From Lama glama (Eukaryota): a stretch of DNA of 64,000 nt. Under the pieces are notes generated by a model that worked only from the letters and a program-made list of their open reading frames with translations, had not been told where the DNA came from and made no database searches. The translations under genes and the position numbers were made by a program. This document shows positions 27,759 through 41,657 of the stretch, piece after piece. Location of the stretch: assembly GCA_028534125.1 (NCBI GenBank), contig CM052816.1, forward strand, positions 38,628,001-38,692,000, read 5' to 3'. Numbering within the stretch: position 1 is the stretch's first letter; every line of letters begins with the position of its first letter.

Positions 27759-28116
27759 TGTCAGTCTTAGAAACAAGGGGCCATGAGAAAGAGAAAACAT
27801 GGTTGGTCCTTCCATTAAAACATTCTCAGATGTGTTTATGCAATCCAGTCATTTCAACCTGAGAAGCCCCCAAAACCATCACAAGTCACCCTAGTGAAGA
27901 TCTGGGTAACATTTGCTTTGCTATTGAATCTACTTTCTATACAAATTACAGTTTTATTTTTATCCATTTAAACTTTCTATCTCCTTTAACATACTCTGAC
28001 CCACCTACAAAAATCCTATCCACTCTCCAAGACCTAAATAATTTCCTTCTTTAATTTTTATCAGAGTTTTTCTATCCAAAGGAGCCTTATGTTATCATCT
28101 ATGTAATTTACAATCT

Positions 28117-28585
28117 CAGGTTTACAAACTTGCCAGGTAGCATGAGTGAGTGAGTAAGTGTAAATGCTTGGTATCTACATATGTTTCTCATTTTGCTCAT
28201 ACTACCATACTACAGACGTGAGTACAAGAAATAATTTTTCCTTCCAGAAGAAAAAAAAGCTATGGAAGCAAGACAGTATATGACAGTTGACATACAACAT
28301 TCATGTGGGGGTACTAAAGGGAGTGGTGGGGACTGTGGTGATGCCAGTTCTAAAGTGAACAGCAGCTACTCAGCTGCAGACAATGCTTCCTCATAAGAAT
28401 GTGGGCAGAGTATATCCAAATCTTCTGAATTATCAGAAGTCAAAATCTAAATATTTATATAAATCTCTCAGTTTTTAAGTACTGGCAATTCATTAAAAAA
28501 TTTTTTTTAAATACACAGAAACTTTTCTAAACAACATGCAGGCAAAGGAGTGAAGGGTAGGTTTAGCCCAAGCTACCATCTCTGG
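28117..28585. mobile_element. MER102-like hAT-Charlie DNA transposon (interrupted)
   Basis: agggagtggtggggactgtgg...gcagctactcagctgcagac...gaatgtgggc...ccaaatcttctga...aaatctctcagtttttaagtactggcaa. Confidence 0.75.
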
Positions 28586-28639
28586 AATACACATTCATTA
28601 ACACATACTACCTTAGTTCATCTCTTATTGCTGCCTAAA

Positions 28640-28878
28640 ACAGTAGCATTATGCAGTAAACATGCTCTGCAGCCAAGCTGTCTGGGTTTGAATTCTGTTT
28701 CACCAATTCACCTGCTGTGTGGCCTTGGGCAAATTACCCAACCTCTCTGTGCCTCAGTTTCCTTATTTGTAAAATGCAGCTAATTATGGGATATTTATGA
28801 AGTTTAATTGAAATCTTATTGGTACAGCAATTAGTTTAAGCCACAGGGTAATTACTCACTATAAGATGGTTGCTATTA
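28640..28878 (+). mobile_element. MIR SINE
   Basis: Clear core: ctgtgtggccttgggcaaattacccaacctctctgtgcctcagtttccttatttgtaaaatg. Confidence 0.9.
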
Positions 28879-30151
28879 AATCTTACTTTGAATTATACTT
28901 TGCTATATTTCTTTGACACCTTCTCCCCCAGTAAACTGTAAATGCCTTGAAGGTATCCTTTTATACAATGTGATGCTTAGCATAGTTTCTTTTTAGAGAA
29001 GAATCTCAGTATTTTTAAGCAGCAGAAAATGCAGTAGAAATCTTAAAAAGATATTTAAAGAAATCGAGTGGAAATCAAGGTCATGCTACGCTTGTCCTTG
29101 CCGTTGTTCCACATATTTAAATCTACTGTGAGGCCAGCACATTGCACTTAGTCCATGTCCATTTGTTCTATGATCAGTTATAATGAATGTTTTCCAAGCC
29201 CCAGACATATAATTTCCTCTTTGATATATCCTATCCAGTCTGCAGTACAACAGACAGGAACTATTCATGTCCTTTTCTTTTCTGCTTTTGAAAAGACTAG
29301 GAGAGAGTTAGGGTTAGATAGAACAGTAGGGACATGTAGGGCAGCCTTGTGTGGCTAGAGCCCCTGGGTCTTTCTCACCTGCCTTTACTTAAATTGACAG
29401 AGGTTACATCACAAAAACCTGACAGGGGGCTTGTAAAAATGGAGCCATTATTATCCTCATTCTTTTCTTCCACTATAATCCTTGTTCTCTTTGAAAATAA
29501 AGAGTAGGTTCTAGAAAGGGAGTGTTACAAAATGGAACCCCCATACTTCACAGCATGAAATTCAGAATTCTGAGGCAGATGACACAAACAGAGTTTTACA
29601 CCATAGACCAGGATAATGACTGCACCTCAGAACTTTAGGAGGTAAGCTCTAAGCATATAAAGTGAAAGGCATGTCTAAGTCCAATCTAAACTTCTCTCTT
29701 CCCCAAATTATATTTTAAAATGTTGAACACAACCAACACAAATCATGTGCCACTAAGCAACCAAAAACCTTCTCCTAAGTCTTAATGAATTGAAAGTGAC
29801 CACAAGGGAATGGGGTCAGAGAGGTGAAAATACAGGTAGTTTAAAATGTGCTGTGGTTAATACGAAGGTTTTTCAGAGGAGATTTTTAATGTTAGAACAA
29901 TAGCCATGAAACCCGGGCCCCCTTGTTGTGTAGGGCATACAGGTTAATGTGGGCGTATGTGGAGGGGATAGGTGGAGGGAGAGAATGTGGAAAGGATGGA
30001 GTTAAGAAGGAACTGGGGGTTTTGGAAGAGGCCAAATAAATCACGAAAGCATAATGAAGAACTACATAAATCATATAGAGAAACCTTTCTTGAAAATTTG
30101 ACTCAAGCAAAGGTGAATTCTGAGGGAAATTAACCATATCAGAATTTACAT

Positions 30152-30255
30152 GACTCATCAGTTTCTTCAAATAAATATTCACTGATTGCCGACTCTGTTC
30201 CAAGTACTGGGCTTGATCTCAGGAAGAAAAACGCAAATGAGACATGGCGTCTGCT
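30152..30255 (-). mobile_element. L2 3' terminus
   Basis: ttcaaataaatattcactgattgccgactctgttccaagtactgggct. Confidence 0.6.
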
Positions 30256-30759
30256 AATCCGTGTGAACATATGTGTTGGAAGTGAATTTACAAAAAAAGA
30301 AAAAGGAAGGAGGAGTTGGAGGCAAAAGAGAGAGAGAGAAAATAAAGTAATAAGTAAGAATGTAAAAGTAGAGTCAAAGCAGAGATCGGTCAGTTAGGAA
30401 AGGAGAGAGAAAGAGTAGAAAGGCTTCAGGCTTCATGTGACAACTGTTAAACTGAGCAGATGGCAATGAAGGGTGTCACATCACAAAATTAATCTCTTGA
30501 AATGCTTATTTTGCTTCTCTTCATAAGTTCCAAAGCTCACGCCTGTTAAGTTACGGGCAAACTCGTGTATGTTCTTGCACACTGCTAGGTACGTTCCAGA
30601 TTCTTTACATCTTAAAAATTACACTAAGTTTGCTAGGAAACAATGGACAGTACTTTTGCACAACATATCCAAAATTAATACTACCCAGTTCTCTGACAAA
30701 CTCTGTAAACCCCAAGCCCAGAAAACTGAAACCAAGCACAGAAGAAAACAGGCCTAAAA

Positions 30760-31320
30760 TGACTCAGAAGGCTGTAGGTTGGAACCTGCTGGAAAAGAAA
30801 CCAACTGTGGCTGATTTAAACAGGAAAAGATTTATTAAAAGAATATTAGACTGATCTTAGACTCCTTGGAAAAGTTGAGGAAGCAGGGACATGGCTATGC
30901 AGTCAAGAATAATGGTCAAAATTACCCCACTAACTTAATGGATCGGAACACCATGGCTGTTATCTCACGGTAATGAACTTTGCAGCCTGTGCTCCTGTCA
31001 TTGCTTGTCCTCAACCCTGGACACAGGCCCAGATAGCACTACTCTGGGTACCACTGAGATTCAACCCAGCGATGCAACCTCCACTGCTGACAAGAGAGAA
31101 TTCCTCAAAGTGCCCCCCATTCTGGGATGGGCACAGCTGACTCTGTGTCCCTCGGTCACATGTCCTTTCCCTAGCTGCGGGGAGGGCTAGGAAAGTATCT
31201 AATATTTTCACTTTCTATAATGGAAGATGGATGTTCCTCTTCTGAGACTCAATGAAAAGGCAACTCTCACATTTAGGAACAGGATTCAAATGCTAGCCAA
31301 TCAAGAGAGATGGCAAGGTA
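30760..31320 (-). mobile_element. Old MaLR LTR (MLT1L/N/O-like)
   Basis: agaaaccaactgtggctgatttaaacaggaaaagatttattaaaag...ggtcacatgtcctttccctagctgcggggagggctaggaaagtatcta. Confidence 0.65.
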
Positions 31321-31659
31321 AGAAGTAGTTTTCTTTAGCAGAAAGAATACAAAAGTTGAAGGTAGCCACATTTCTGATTTATGGGAAGGAAAACACACAT
31401 ACACACACACATATATAGTTTGGAATTGACTAGCCTAGACTTTTTCTCTCTTAGTACCTTTTACAATAGGAGACAGATTGCATTTACCATGAAATATTTA
31501 TGTGCTGTTTTGCTGAATTAAAGAGAAAGAATAAAAACAACCTGCAAAACTCTTACCACTGAAGAGTCATGTAAGGATGTGAAGTAGAGGAGTCCTTATG
31601 CTAATTATCTAGCCTTAGGAGTTTCCAATGAAACCCAAAATCTTCCAATTAAAAAAAAA

Positions 31660-32485
31660 ATCCTAGTTGGAGAATAGAAGTGGCATCCACCATGGAGAGA
31701 GAAACAGAAGGGGTATTTGCAGCGTGCTTGCTCCTTCTCCTTTCCCTTCTCTCCTTTGTGTGAGTAGGTAGACATCTCACAGACAGCTCAATATACCGTT
31801 ATACAGCAGACTGTCTGCTGAGTACTAGGACCTGAAAACAACCAGGAATGGCAATCGGGCAAAGACGGCTTCCTTCAATTTCTCCCTGAGCTCGAGAAGG
31901 CTGAAGACATGATCTCAGGCAAGGCTAGGTGGTCACTACAGGAACCCACAAAGAGGACTATCCACTACGGGTTTTGAGATAGAAGAGGTGACACTGTCTC
32001 CATAGAATTTTTGGAGTTAAGAGGCTTCACAGAGAATGTCCCTCCTAGGCACCAAAGCCCATCTCAAGTGTCACACCAGAGCCAGCATTTAGAGACGAGC
32101 TGCACCAAATGTTAGTAGGCATCCAGTGTTAGATGGACAAGAGGCAATGGCCAATCATAGAGGTGCCCAAAATTCTTCACAAAAAGTATTCAGTCCTTCA
32201 CATAAGCAATAGGTCTTTATCCATACCCCAGGCTTCAGTAAGAACAGATGGAAGAGAATGCAGGCCACTACCCCTCCACTGAAAGTAGACACTGACCATA
32301 ATAAATACTGAATGTGACCTCCCCAAAATTATCTGAATGTATTGAGATATTTCTACTGTAAAGATCAAGCTCCTCTACTCCCCAGACTTATTAGTGGGTA
32401 GAACAGAAAATAAGGTTAACAAGATATTAGAAAAAACTGAACACAATATGTTTGCATGTTGCTGAGTTGAGACTGTTCAATGCAC
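31660..32485 (+). mobile_element. Ancient LTR-like element (possibly MamGypsy LTR)
   Basis: GC-richer block ending gaaaataaggtt...tgtttgcatgttgctgagttgagactg, reminiscent of the 3' end of MamGypLTR; family uncertain. Confidence 0.3.
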
Positions 32486-32649
32486 TGCTTTTATAATTAT
32501 TTCATAGTTGTATATGAAGGAGCCTAGAAGGAGAGAGGGTGTACGAAGGGAACAGAAAAAAAAACTAAAGCCTGTCAGTCATCACTGAATTGAGTAAATT
32601 TCATGTAACAGAACAGACTTTTTTCTGGTGCCTGAGTACCTTCCAATTC

Positions 32650-32673
32650 CAACAACAACAACAACAACAACAA
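32650..32673 (+). repeat. (CAA)8 microsatellite
   Basis: caacaacaacaacaacaacaacaa; it produces the spurious polyQ in ORF 32590..32784. Confidence 0.95.
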
Positions 32674-34889
32674 AAATCTAAGAAAATGTTGCCACGGATC
32701 CTAAACAAAACTATTACTAAATGCCTCTTAGAGGAAAAAAAATTATTATACCTGTATCTATACCTGTATCTAAAAATTTATTGAACCTTGTATCTATTCC
32801 AGTAGAAACTTCATAACATGTAAGCAGAGCTATGTTGGTCTTTAGCTGAGAGCTACTCAGATCTTGACTAATAGTGTTGCTTATTCCAATGCACGGCTAA
32901 CAATAATCATTACATTAACAACAGCAATAATTTCCAGTACACAATGTGTCTTTCCGTTGAGAAACTCTAAACAACTTCACATTGACTATGTCACTTGTTC
33001 ACAGGCACCCCTGTAAGACTGGAAGAGAACAGAAACTGTATTGATTGTGCTATACAGAAAAAGACCCATTGAGGGTATGTATTAGACCAAGGTCACAGAG
33101 CTAATCTGGGGCAGACCCATGATGTATTGCTAAAGGTAACTACATGAACCAGAGTTGAGCTAAATCCAGTTGTAGCAGATTTGATTAAGACCCACATCCC
33201 TGCAAGAGAGAGACTGGACCTCCTCACCAGAGTCATGAAGTCTTTGCCCAGGGTGGACCTCAATCTCTCTTTTTAAAGGAATCTTAAATCAGCCTATCAG
33301 CCCCTATGTCATTTTTCTTCCCTCAAGTAGTCAGGCTTGTAGTGCCTCCTGGTCAGCATCAGCTACATGTTTTGGCCAAGACAATTAGCAATTTTCTTCC
33401 CCAGAAGTTGCCTGACAATGAAGTATTTCTTCAATTGAAGGAAAAAGACTTTTTATCGCAACACATCACAACATTTTGAAGATCACAAAATTCTCCTAAT
33501 GTACGATCACTGTAAAGTTATGTTAATAGTATCGTAATAAAAAGATACTATCAAGGTGACATCTAACTGGCTAATGTTTTTGCCAATTTTATTTGACCCT
33601 ACTTGCCCTCATATCTCTGTGCCCCTTCCGACAGTTGCCTTAGGCTGGTATTTTTGGTGACTTGATGCTGTTACCAAGACTAACTTCAGTATGTCTTTGC
33701 TTCCAGTTTTGCCCTTTATTTACCAAAATTTACACTTTCAACTCAATCATTTTCCCACTAGCCTCATTCCTATGTCTATAATGGAATATGGACAACTCTG
33801 GCCAAGACTTAAATTTTCTAAAACACAGTCGACTTTTTAATACAAATTTTAGCAAGAATTTCAGTACATCTGCAAGCTAGTGGAATGGATTTTTCTCCAA
33901 GTTACAATGGGTTCTAAAAAAAAATTACCTCAGCTTTATTTTCTAAAAGAACTCTTTGAAATCCTTGCCAAGACACTCAATATGTTTCCTCTATTAAAAA
34001 TATGAAGGAGTTTCACAAGTTTTCCTGAGAGTTTATAAAGCCACTCTACTAACAACTGTCCTCCCTCCACGGTGAATCAGTGTAGATGAAGGGGAGAACT
34101 GAACTCCATGAAGCACCCCCATCTCACGCTGCCACAAAAGTAGGGGTCTGCAGAAAAGCCATATGCCACACTATGAGCTGCGATAATCAGGGATTTCATT
34201 GTCTGCAGTGAGGTTACCAACCAAGTCATATTTGGTAATGTTAAGCAGTCCAGGGACAGTGTCACATTCTAGCTTACCCTGCGGGGAGCTGATTTTATCT
34301 CCTTATATATTATTCCCTATGAAATTTCCTCAACCTATTCTTCTGAATTGTTGGTAGAGAAGCAGCATGTAGGGAAGACTACAGAGTTCCATGTTCTAGT
34401 TCTGCTTCATCCATCACTCACTGAGAATCAGTTTCCTTATCCATACAATGAAGGCAATAATACCCACCCTATCTCTCTTGGAAAGCTATAAAAATAAAAG
34501 AAAACAATACAAAAGTGCTTGGTATTCAATAAATAAGCACTCAAACAATTCACACACATAGCATTGATTTTTTTTTAACACACTAGATTTACTTTTTTTT
34601 TTTTTAAGGAATGAACAGCACTTTTCAAACCCTAATAAATGTCAAGGTTATAAAGGTACAGTATCATTTGTAAAGTTCAGCTTAAAGGTAAACAGGGTAG
34701 CTTATTAGCATCCACAAGAACTGCAAGTTAATTTTAACCTAATAAATATCCTGAAAATACACACAAGAAGACAGTCCATCATGCCAAAGAAACGTATCCT
34801 TTAAATTAACGTCATACTCTACTGGTTTCTCAGGCATGCTGCTAGTTCACCCTTTTTGCAAAGTTTTATGACGCCACTACCTTCAGCGA

Positions 34890-35150
34890 TACAGCCTATC
34901 TGGTACACAAGGGAGCTTTGAAGTCAGAGGGCTTAGATTTAAATCCCTTCTCCCCACATATTTGTGCTATGACTTTGGGCAAAGTACATCACCTCTCTAT
35001 GCCTCAATTTCTTTAACTGTAAGATAGAGAAAAAGATAATGCCTGCCTCATAGGAGTGTCAATACATATTAAACCAAAAAATGAACATGAAACACTTAGC
35101 ACAGAATCTGATATATAGCAACATGACACAAATGCTAGCTATTAATATTG
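34890..35150 (+). mobile_element. MIR SINE
   Basis: gctttgaagtcagagggcttagatttaaatccc...ctatgactttgggcaaagtacatcacctctctatgcctcaatttctttaactgtaagat...acacttagcacagaatctg. Confidence 0.85.
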
Positions 35151-35959
35151 TTAAAAATGATGATGCTGATGGCCAGTAATTATTATATATTAGAAATATT
35201 TGTACATTAGGAATCTTCATAATCACCTTAACATTGAATGACCTAATATGTAAGCATCAGCTGTTTCAGAAGGGAACAAGATGTTTCAGGGCAGGGAAAC
35301 ATAAACAGGACAATTTCTCATCACCAGTTTGCGTTGAATAGGCACAAGGTAGTTATAATCATTTCCTAAGTGTCTTTTTTTCCCTCAGTTGTCAACTAAA
35401 TTGTCCACTGTGGCAGAATTCTCAGAAACCTCCATGCTTTAAAGCAGGATTTTGAGGTACGCTACATAAACAAGAAATAAGCTATATAAAATAAAGTTTA
35501 AGAGAGCCAGGAGTTGGAAATATGTTAACAATCATATATGACCAGTCACACAAGGCTTTTGAAAACAGTGTCTTCATTCCAAGTTAGAAGTGACACAATC
35601 ACAATGCAGACAAAAGAAGGCATCCATTTCCTATCATTTGTCAATTTATGTGAAAACACGTTATCTCCTCCTGGGGGCAATACACTCACACGCATAAACA
35701 GACATTGGGTGGAGATAATAAACAAAAAAACCAATATGTTGGAGATTAGTATCCTGCCCCTTCTTCAGAAAACAAAAAGGAACAGAAGTTGTTTCCTAAA
35801 TGTCTAGGTCTAGACAAAGCACTCATTTGCTAAAAAAAAAAAAAAGTGTGCCCTGAGAAAAATAACCTTGTATGCTTACCACTGAAATAGCTACAGGAAA
35901 GTTTGTAGGAGGCATATATCAGCAATTCTGAACTTCTGTCAGTCCCTGAGAAATCATTT

Positions 35960-36345
35960 CTTCTTTTAATTTGGAACCATTCCACTTGCTGTTCCCTCTA
36001 TCTGCAACACTTGTCCATCCTCGTCCAGCTGCTATTTTCACTGGGTCAGCTTGTCTTCATCCTTGACTTCTTAGCTTAAATGTCACTTCTACTGGCAAAA
36101 CTTCTCAGATAACCCATGTCTAGATGTGATGCCCTCGCTAAGTACTCATATGCCTTGTATCTCACCCAGTATGCTCATTTTCACACTCTATCTTACTTAC
36201 CCATTTACTTATCTACAGCCCCCACTAGACAGTAAGCACAATGAAGGCAGGAGTCACGTCCATACTGTTATCACTGCATCCTAAGTACTCAACACGTGGC
36301 TGATACTTTGTTGGTTCTTATTTAATATTTGTTGAAAAAATGTTT
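35960..36345 (+). mobile_element. L2 LINE 3' end
   Basis: cacttgctgttccctctatctgcaacact...cttagcttaaatgtcacttc...ccccactagacagtaagcacaatgaaggcagg...ttaatatttgttgaa. Confidence 0.8.
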
Positions 36346-37223
36346 AAATGCTCCCAAATTTTAACATCACTTCCAAAGTGCATTTCAGAGAATACACTTA
36401 TGACGTGCTTTGTAAATAATTCCACTGTTTCCTTTTTCAAATAAATATATAATATGCCATGTTGTGCGGTATAGTTCTCATTACGGTTTTACAATTTCAA
36501 TGCAGAAAACCAAGAATCCATTTAGTAAATACTTAAAAATTACCAATCAGAATTAGCTTCATTTTTCCCTTTGCCAGGGAAGTAAGCTCTAAGGATTTCC
36601 AAGAGCACCTCAGCCTTTTTTGCATGCTCAGATACTGAGTGAGCCACTTATTCTGGGTTTTAGTCAGAAAATGCATGATGTAAAGGAAGAGTCAATGGAC
36701 CAAGAGGCAGACAAAGGTCCTGACCTGGCTTTCTGGTCTTAGCACACTATGTAAACAGAAAGTCACTTAACTTCTCCAATCGCCTCGTGTGTAGAATGTT
36801 AAGATTGAGTCAGGTAATTTCTAAGAGGGAAATGTTTGTATGCCATTAAAACAGAAAAATTATAGTCAAATACTCAAAAAGTTTCTCAGGAACCTGGTTA
36901 TTGGAATCTAGATAAAAACAGGGAAGCTGAGGACACAAAAAAAGTACTGATGAGGAAAGAAGTCTAATCAGTGAGATCTCAAGTCTAACAGGACATGGAG
37001 GTTCAGTTTGGTCCTCACCAGAGCGATGCAGTGACTGATGGCCAGGAGACCCCAACGGTGAGGGGTGCCTAAGGGGATGCTTACCACCCAGGGTGGTCAT
37101 TCTCATGCCCTATTCATTTGATAAGTTCTCTTCCATTCACTTGGGCTGAGTATTATAAAAGATTATGTTTGATTTGTTAAATTTAATCAAAGTTTGATAA
37201 ATAATTAAACACACACTAATTAA

Positions 37224-37269
37224 TAAGTTAGTTAACTGTACTACTGTAAGTTAGTTAACTGCACTATTG
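37224..37269. repeat. 23-bp tandem duplication
   Basis: taagttagttaactgtactactg / taagttagttaactgcactattg. Confidence 0.85.
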
Positions 37270-38187
37270 TTTAACAGGATGTAATAACCGCTTCAGGCCC
37301 CTAGGGTTCTCTAGGGTTCTCCTGGACCAATTATTTCTTTTAGTGCACAAAGCTGAATTCTGCATAAAACCAGTAATTCTCAGTTTACAATGCTATTATG
37401 CCAAGATTCTCTCCTTCACTGTAGTTTGACTTTTTTTTTTTTGATGGGTTATTACAATGCAAAACAAAAAGGAACATAAAGAGCAGATCATTCCTGGTGA
37501 CTGCTTTGGCCTGGCTTTCCTAGCAACCATCACCACTGATCTTTTCCTGTTCAGTGATATTCCATGATAAATGTGAGGATTCTCATGTGTAGATGCGGGT
37601 AGTGAAGTGAGTTAGGAGCATCTGGTGCTCTCCTCAGAGAGCCATCAGCTATCGTGGAGTACCCTTGGAGCCCAAAACAATTTACTTATTTGGAAGCAAT
37701 TTTGGAAGGATTGAAACTATAGGAAGTTAGGAGATGTGATTTGGGAGGACACCTGAAAAATACCCCCTCATCAAAAACCTGATCTGCAAGCCTGCGACAG
37801 GGACTAAAATCCCACCGTAATAGAGTTAGATTTTTTTAGTTCAAGGACTCAATTCCTAGTGAAATTTCATAGTATTAAATTTAAATATTAGTGGAACATA
37901 TTTTAGTCATTTCTGGCCATTAATATAATAAATTAGTAGATCAGGTAAGAGTCATTCATTTAGCAAGACTCTATTGATCAGGGTATAAGAGGGAGATAGA
38001 AAAAGGGGAAAAAAGAAAAAGAGTTCCAGGATATAGTTGCCTACCGAGAACAGAAAATCAAGGTAGGAGTATCTGAGAAGGGGAATAAGAACTAAAGCAG
38101 ACAATAAGTACTGAAAAGGAGAAACATCTACTTTCTAATTCTGGTAATGTTTGAAGAAACAGTCCTGGCATTAAAGTTGCATTCAGC

Positions 38188-38425
38188 GCATTCATTCATT
38201 TAACAATTTATTAAGTACCTAATATGTGCCAGGCACTGTTTTAGGAACTTAGAAAACCATCACTCACAAGAACTCTTAATAGGGAGACAGTGTACAACTG
38301 CGGGAACAGAAGCACGTGCAAAATACTACGGTAGCTCAGAGGAGATCATGGCCAAATCTATTTGGAGCTTGAGCGAGGTGGCTGGGAAAGACTCTGTGAA
38401 AGAAGTGACATCTGATCTGAATAAT
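38188..38425 (-). mobile_element. L2 3' end
   Basis: cattcattcatttaacaatttattaagtacctaatatgtgccaggcactgttttagg. Confidence 0.8.
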
Positions 38426-38427
38426 CA

Positions 38428-38467
38428 GAAACAAAACAAAACAAAACAAAACAAAACCAAACCAAAC
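38428..38467 (+). repeat. (AAAAC)n microsatellite
   Basis: aaacaaaacaaaacaaaacaaaacaaaaccaaaccaaac. Confidence 0.9.
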
Positions 38468-39209
38468 CCATGTATAAGAGCTCCTCAGAACTTTCTCTCA
38501 ATGAAGACTGGACTGGAATCGATCTTCTACTGACCTCCACGTGTGTTCCAGAAAACTACTGCCCACAGAGGCGAGAGTGAGTGTGTAAGGGCAGGAAAGA
38601 CACTAGAATCTTGAAAGGATATGAGATCTCTGAATAAATTAAAATAAATTAAAATAAATTAAAAACAAAATCCAATGAATTTATATGATCCCAAAGTTAT
38701 TCAGTTGGAGCCTCATGTTATAATTGAGTATGGTATTCTTTTGTTTCATGGGCTTTCAGTTGTATAAAGATTGAGCAAAATTATGTTCTGAAATGTCTAA
38801 CTTAATAAGAATAAAGAGATATATAATCGGGTGATAAGGAAGAAAGCTCTTCTTTAGAGTATTCGGGTGTTCCCTGAAAAATGTACCTTTGAGTCCAGGT
38901 TCTCCAAACATCTACCTCTTCGTCTTTGTTTCAAGATAATCTCCTCTAAATTAGTTGACGGCTATAGACCCTAATTTATAAATGAGATAAAGCAACATTT
39001 CAATAGTACAGTTGCCTGAATTTAGGCACAAATGCTTTTCATTGTTTATTATAGTATGATTTGGTTAGTGATGCGATTTGAGATGATTAGTTTCTATTTT
39101 TTGAAAACAAATCTCCTGGCCCTTGAATTCCAGTCCTCTTCCAAAAAGAGATCTAATTATGCCCAGTTAGAATCACAAAATGATACCTGCTTTGGTCCTC
39201 TCTCCAGGG

Positions 39210-39753
39210 CAGCATGAGAACAAAACATGGACTCTTTCTGTTTCACGGCTATAGTTCCTGGTAAAACCTGCTGATGGGATTGCTTCCTTCCCAAGAGCTG
39301 AGGAGGACCACACTGCTCTTCCACAGGGCAATGGCTCCTTTCTGCTTTCTTGTTTTCTGTTTAGAAGTGGCAGAGAGAATACTGAGATAATGTGGGGGGC
39401 ACAGTGTTCCCCACAGCATTCTCACCACCTGCAAGCTGGCTTCAGGGTTTTGTGGGGAAGGCAAGAGTTCTTCACCCCAGTAGCAGATGGTGTATCGCTG
39501 TCAGCAGTCACGTCCTTCTGCCTGAGGTCGTAATCTCAGCCTTACAGAGGTCTTCCTCTAAATTCCTAAATTCCTTGCTGATTCACTTACCCTATAATCA
39601 TAAGGATGGTAGCTATCTTTTGCAGTTGCTACCTCTGTTACACCTTCAAATTTCCTTTTATCCCTTTTACCTATTTAATAATCATTATGTTATATCTTCC
39701 CTATTCAGAGTATTAGTGTGGTTTCTGTCTTCTGACTGGACCTTGACTAATAT
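39210..39753 (+). mobile_element. ERVL LTR, LTR33-like
   Basis: 3' end cttccctattcagagtattagtgtggtttctgtcttctgactggaccttgactaata matches the LTR33-type terminus; 5' boundary approximate. Confidence 0.65.
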
Positions 39754-41657
39754 GAAGTCACACGTATAGTAAGAGTCCCAGTTTCCTAGAAACTTTTCTC
39801 CATCTATCAATTCACAATGTTCAATTCCTACCAAGTCCAACACCATCACAACCAGGTACTTCTGAGATCCAACAAAGCATCTTACACAGATTTATGAAAA
39901 AAAATGGCATCTCTTTGGCATCAACAGATGAAGAGAGTATCAAGCCACAAGGAACCACATTTCCCCAGGGGCCACCACTTGACCTTCATATAATCAAAGC
40001 TTTAGGCACTTCTACAGCAAAGCTCAGTAGGAGTTCTATTTTGTCCATTCAGGGAAAAGATTCACAATTTTCTACATAGATTTCAGGGAACGTGTACTTT
40101 ATGATTTCTTTTTTTTTTGCATTGCTCTCTTATTCAGTCTCCATTGGATTCAGACATGTGCCCAACAGGAAGCTAAACAAGTGATGGGCAACATGTTAAA
40201 CTCAAGGTTGACTCTGTCCTTCTGTGGCCAAGGTTCATGTTTCACAACATACTCACCCTTTTTCTTCCCCTCGACAAGTTCTCCTAAAATTCCTCTCAAT
40301 GCATAGTAAAAGTACCCACCCCATCAGATTTCCAGACAAATTACGTTATGCTTGCATCTCACTTAGAACCCCTCCAAACTTGCAAAAATGTACAGAGACA
40401 TAGAATACTATGTCTTAATAATTTAGTATAATGGAATATAAAATGATGGAGGCTGGAGAAGGGAAGAAGTAACAGGAGATGGAGTCATTTAACTAAAAAG
40501 TGTTTGTTTATGAATTATACAGCTCACACTTACATTGAGGACAGTGAGAAGCAATTTATATTTTTTATAAACTAGATTTTAATTCTATTTCAAGAGAACA
40601 GATTGGGATGGGGCAAAAGAAGAGATTAATCTAAAAGAGGAGAACCTCTTATCTCCTACCTGTCTTTATAAAGGACAGAGACTACCAACAGATTCTGGGC
40701 CCATGTTGATAAAATACATTAAATTTCTCTTAGAAAAAAATGTCCTCTAACACAAAACAAGATAGGGAAAGCAGTCCTTTTCACTTAATCTGATTTTTTA
40801 AATATAACATTGAACATAGTCTCTATTCTGGCAACGAAAAATGAGTCTGATTTTCAATGGATACAATTCATGACTTCCTCACCAATTTTTAAGAAAAATG
40901 GCTATACCCTCCAAAGATGATATATGAGAATTCAATATACAGAAACAACAAAATAGGAAGCTATTGTTAAATATAAATGGTTGAATTACTTTCTGGGATG
41001 AAATTGAAATAATCTTTCTATATATGTTAGCTCAGTATATTTCCTAACATGCATTTAAATGACTGACATCTTTTTTCTAGCAGTCATATCACTTCAATTG
41101 TTAAGTTAGATCACTGTCCCTATTTAGTGAAAAGAATTTGTTTACCTATTCATTTATGAATATTTACATCTTACTTATATTTACATTAAAACATTTTTCA
41201 ACTAAAGAAGTAAAAACATACTTAGTTTAGTAAACTTAACAGTGTAAAAGAAAAAAAAAAACCTCATATACTCAGGTAAGCTGTAGTACTAATAGATCGT
41301 ACCTAGGACAAAAAGAAAATTCACAATCTCCTGTTGTAATGAAATACTTTTGAGCCTGTATGTAAGAAAAAGAAAGATTTTAGGTGACTGTTCATATGGC
41401 AAAAACATAGTCTGCCTTCTTGTGGAGCTGAAAAGTTTCAAAAGATTTGTAACTGCCTTTTCTTAACTTCTTCTATGCCTTTGGTCCTGTAATTGCAATA
41501 GTGATTCATGTCTGTTTTCTAATTCACAACAAAAGGGTTAATAAACTCTATTCCTTAACCAACCCTCCATATGGATAGAAAAAAATAAATGGCAATATCA
41601 GAAAGAATGCAACAGGAAGAGGAAAAAACATGGCCTGAATTGTCTGTTTCATGAATA

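Noticed and set aside
32590..32784. PolyQ-containing ORF
   Set aside because: An artefact of the (CAA)8 microsatellite and a 12-bp tandem duplication
33929..33990. Minus-strand exon-like segment (tttttaatag|...GAG|gtaatt)
   Set aside because: Stop codons in all three frames and no other support
35880..35890. 11-nt minus-strand microexon (ttcctgtag|CTATTTCAGTG|gtaagc)
   Set aside because: Frame-shifting length and a short pyrimidine tract; expected by chance in 64 kb
39392..39769. 125-aa ORF
   Set aside because: It lies almost entirely within an LTR33-like element; a chance frame
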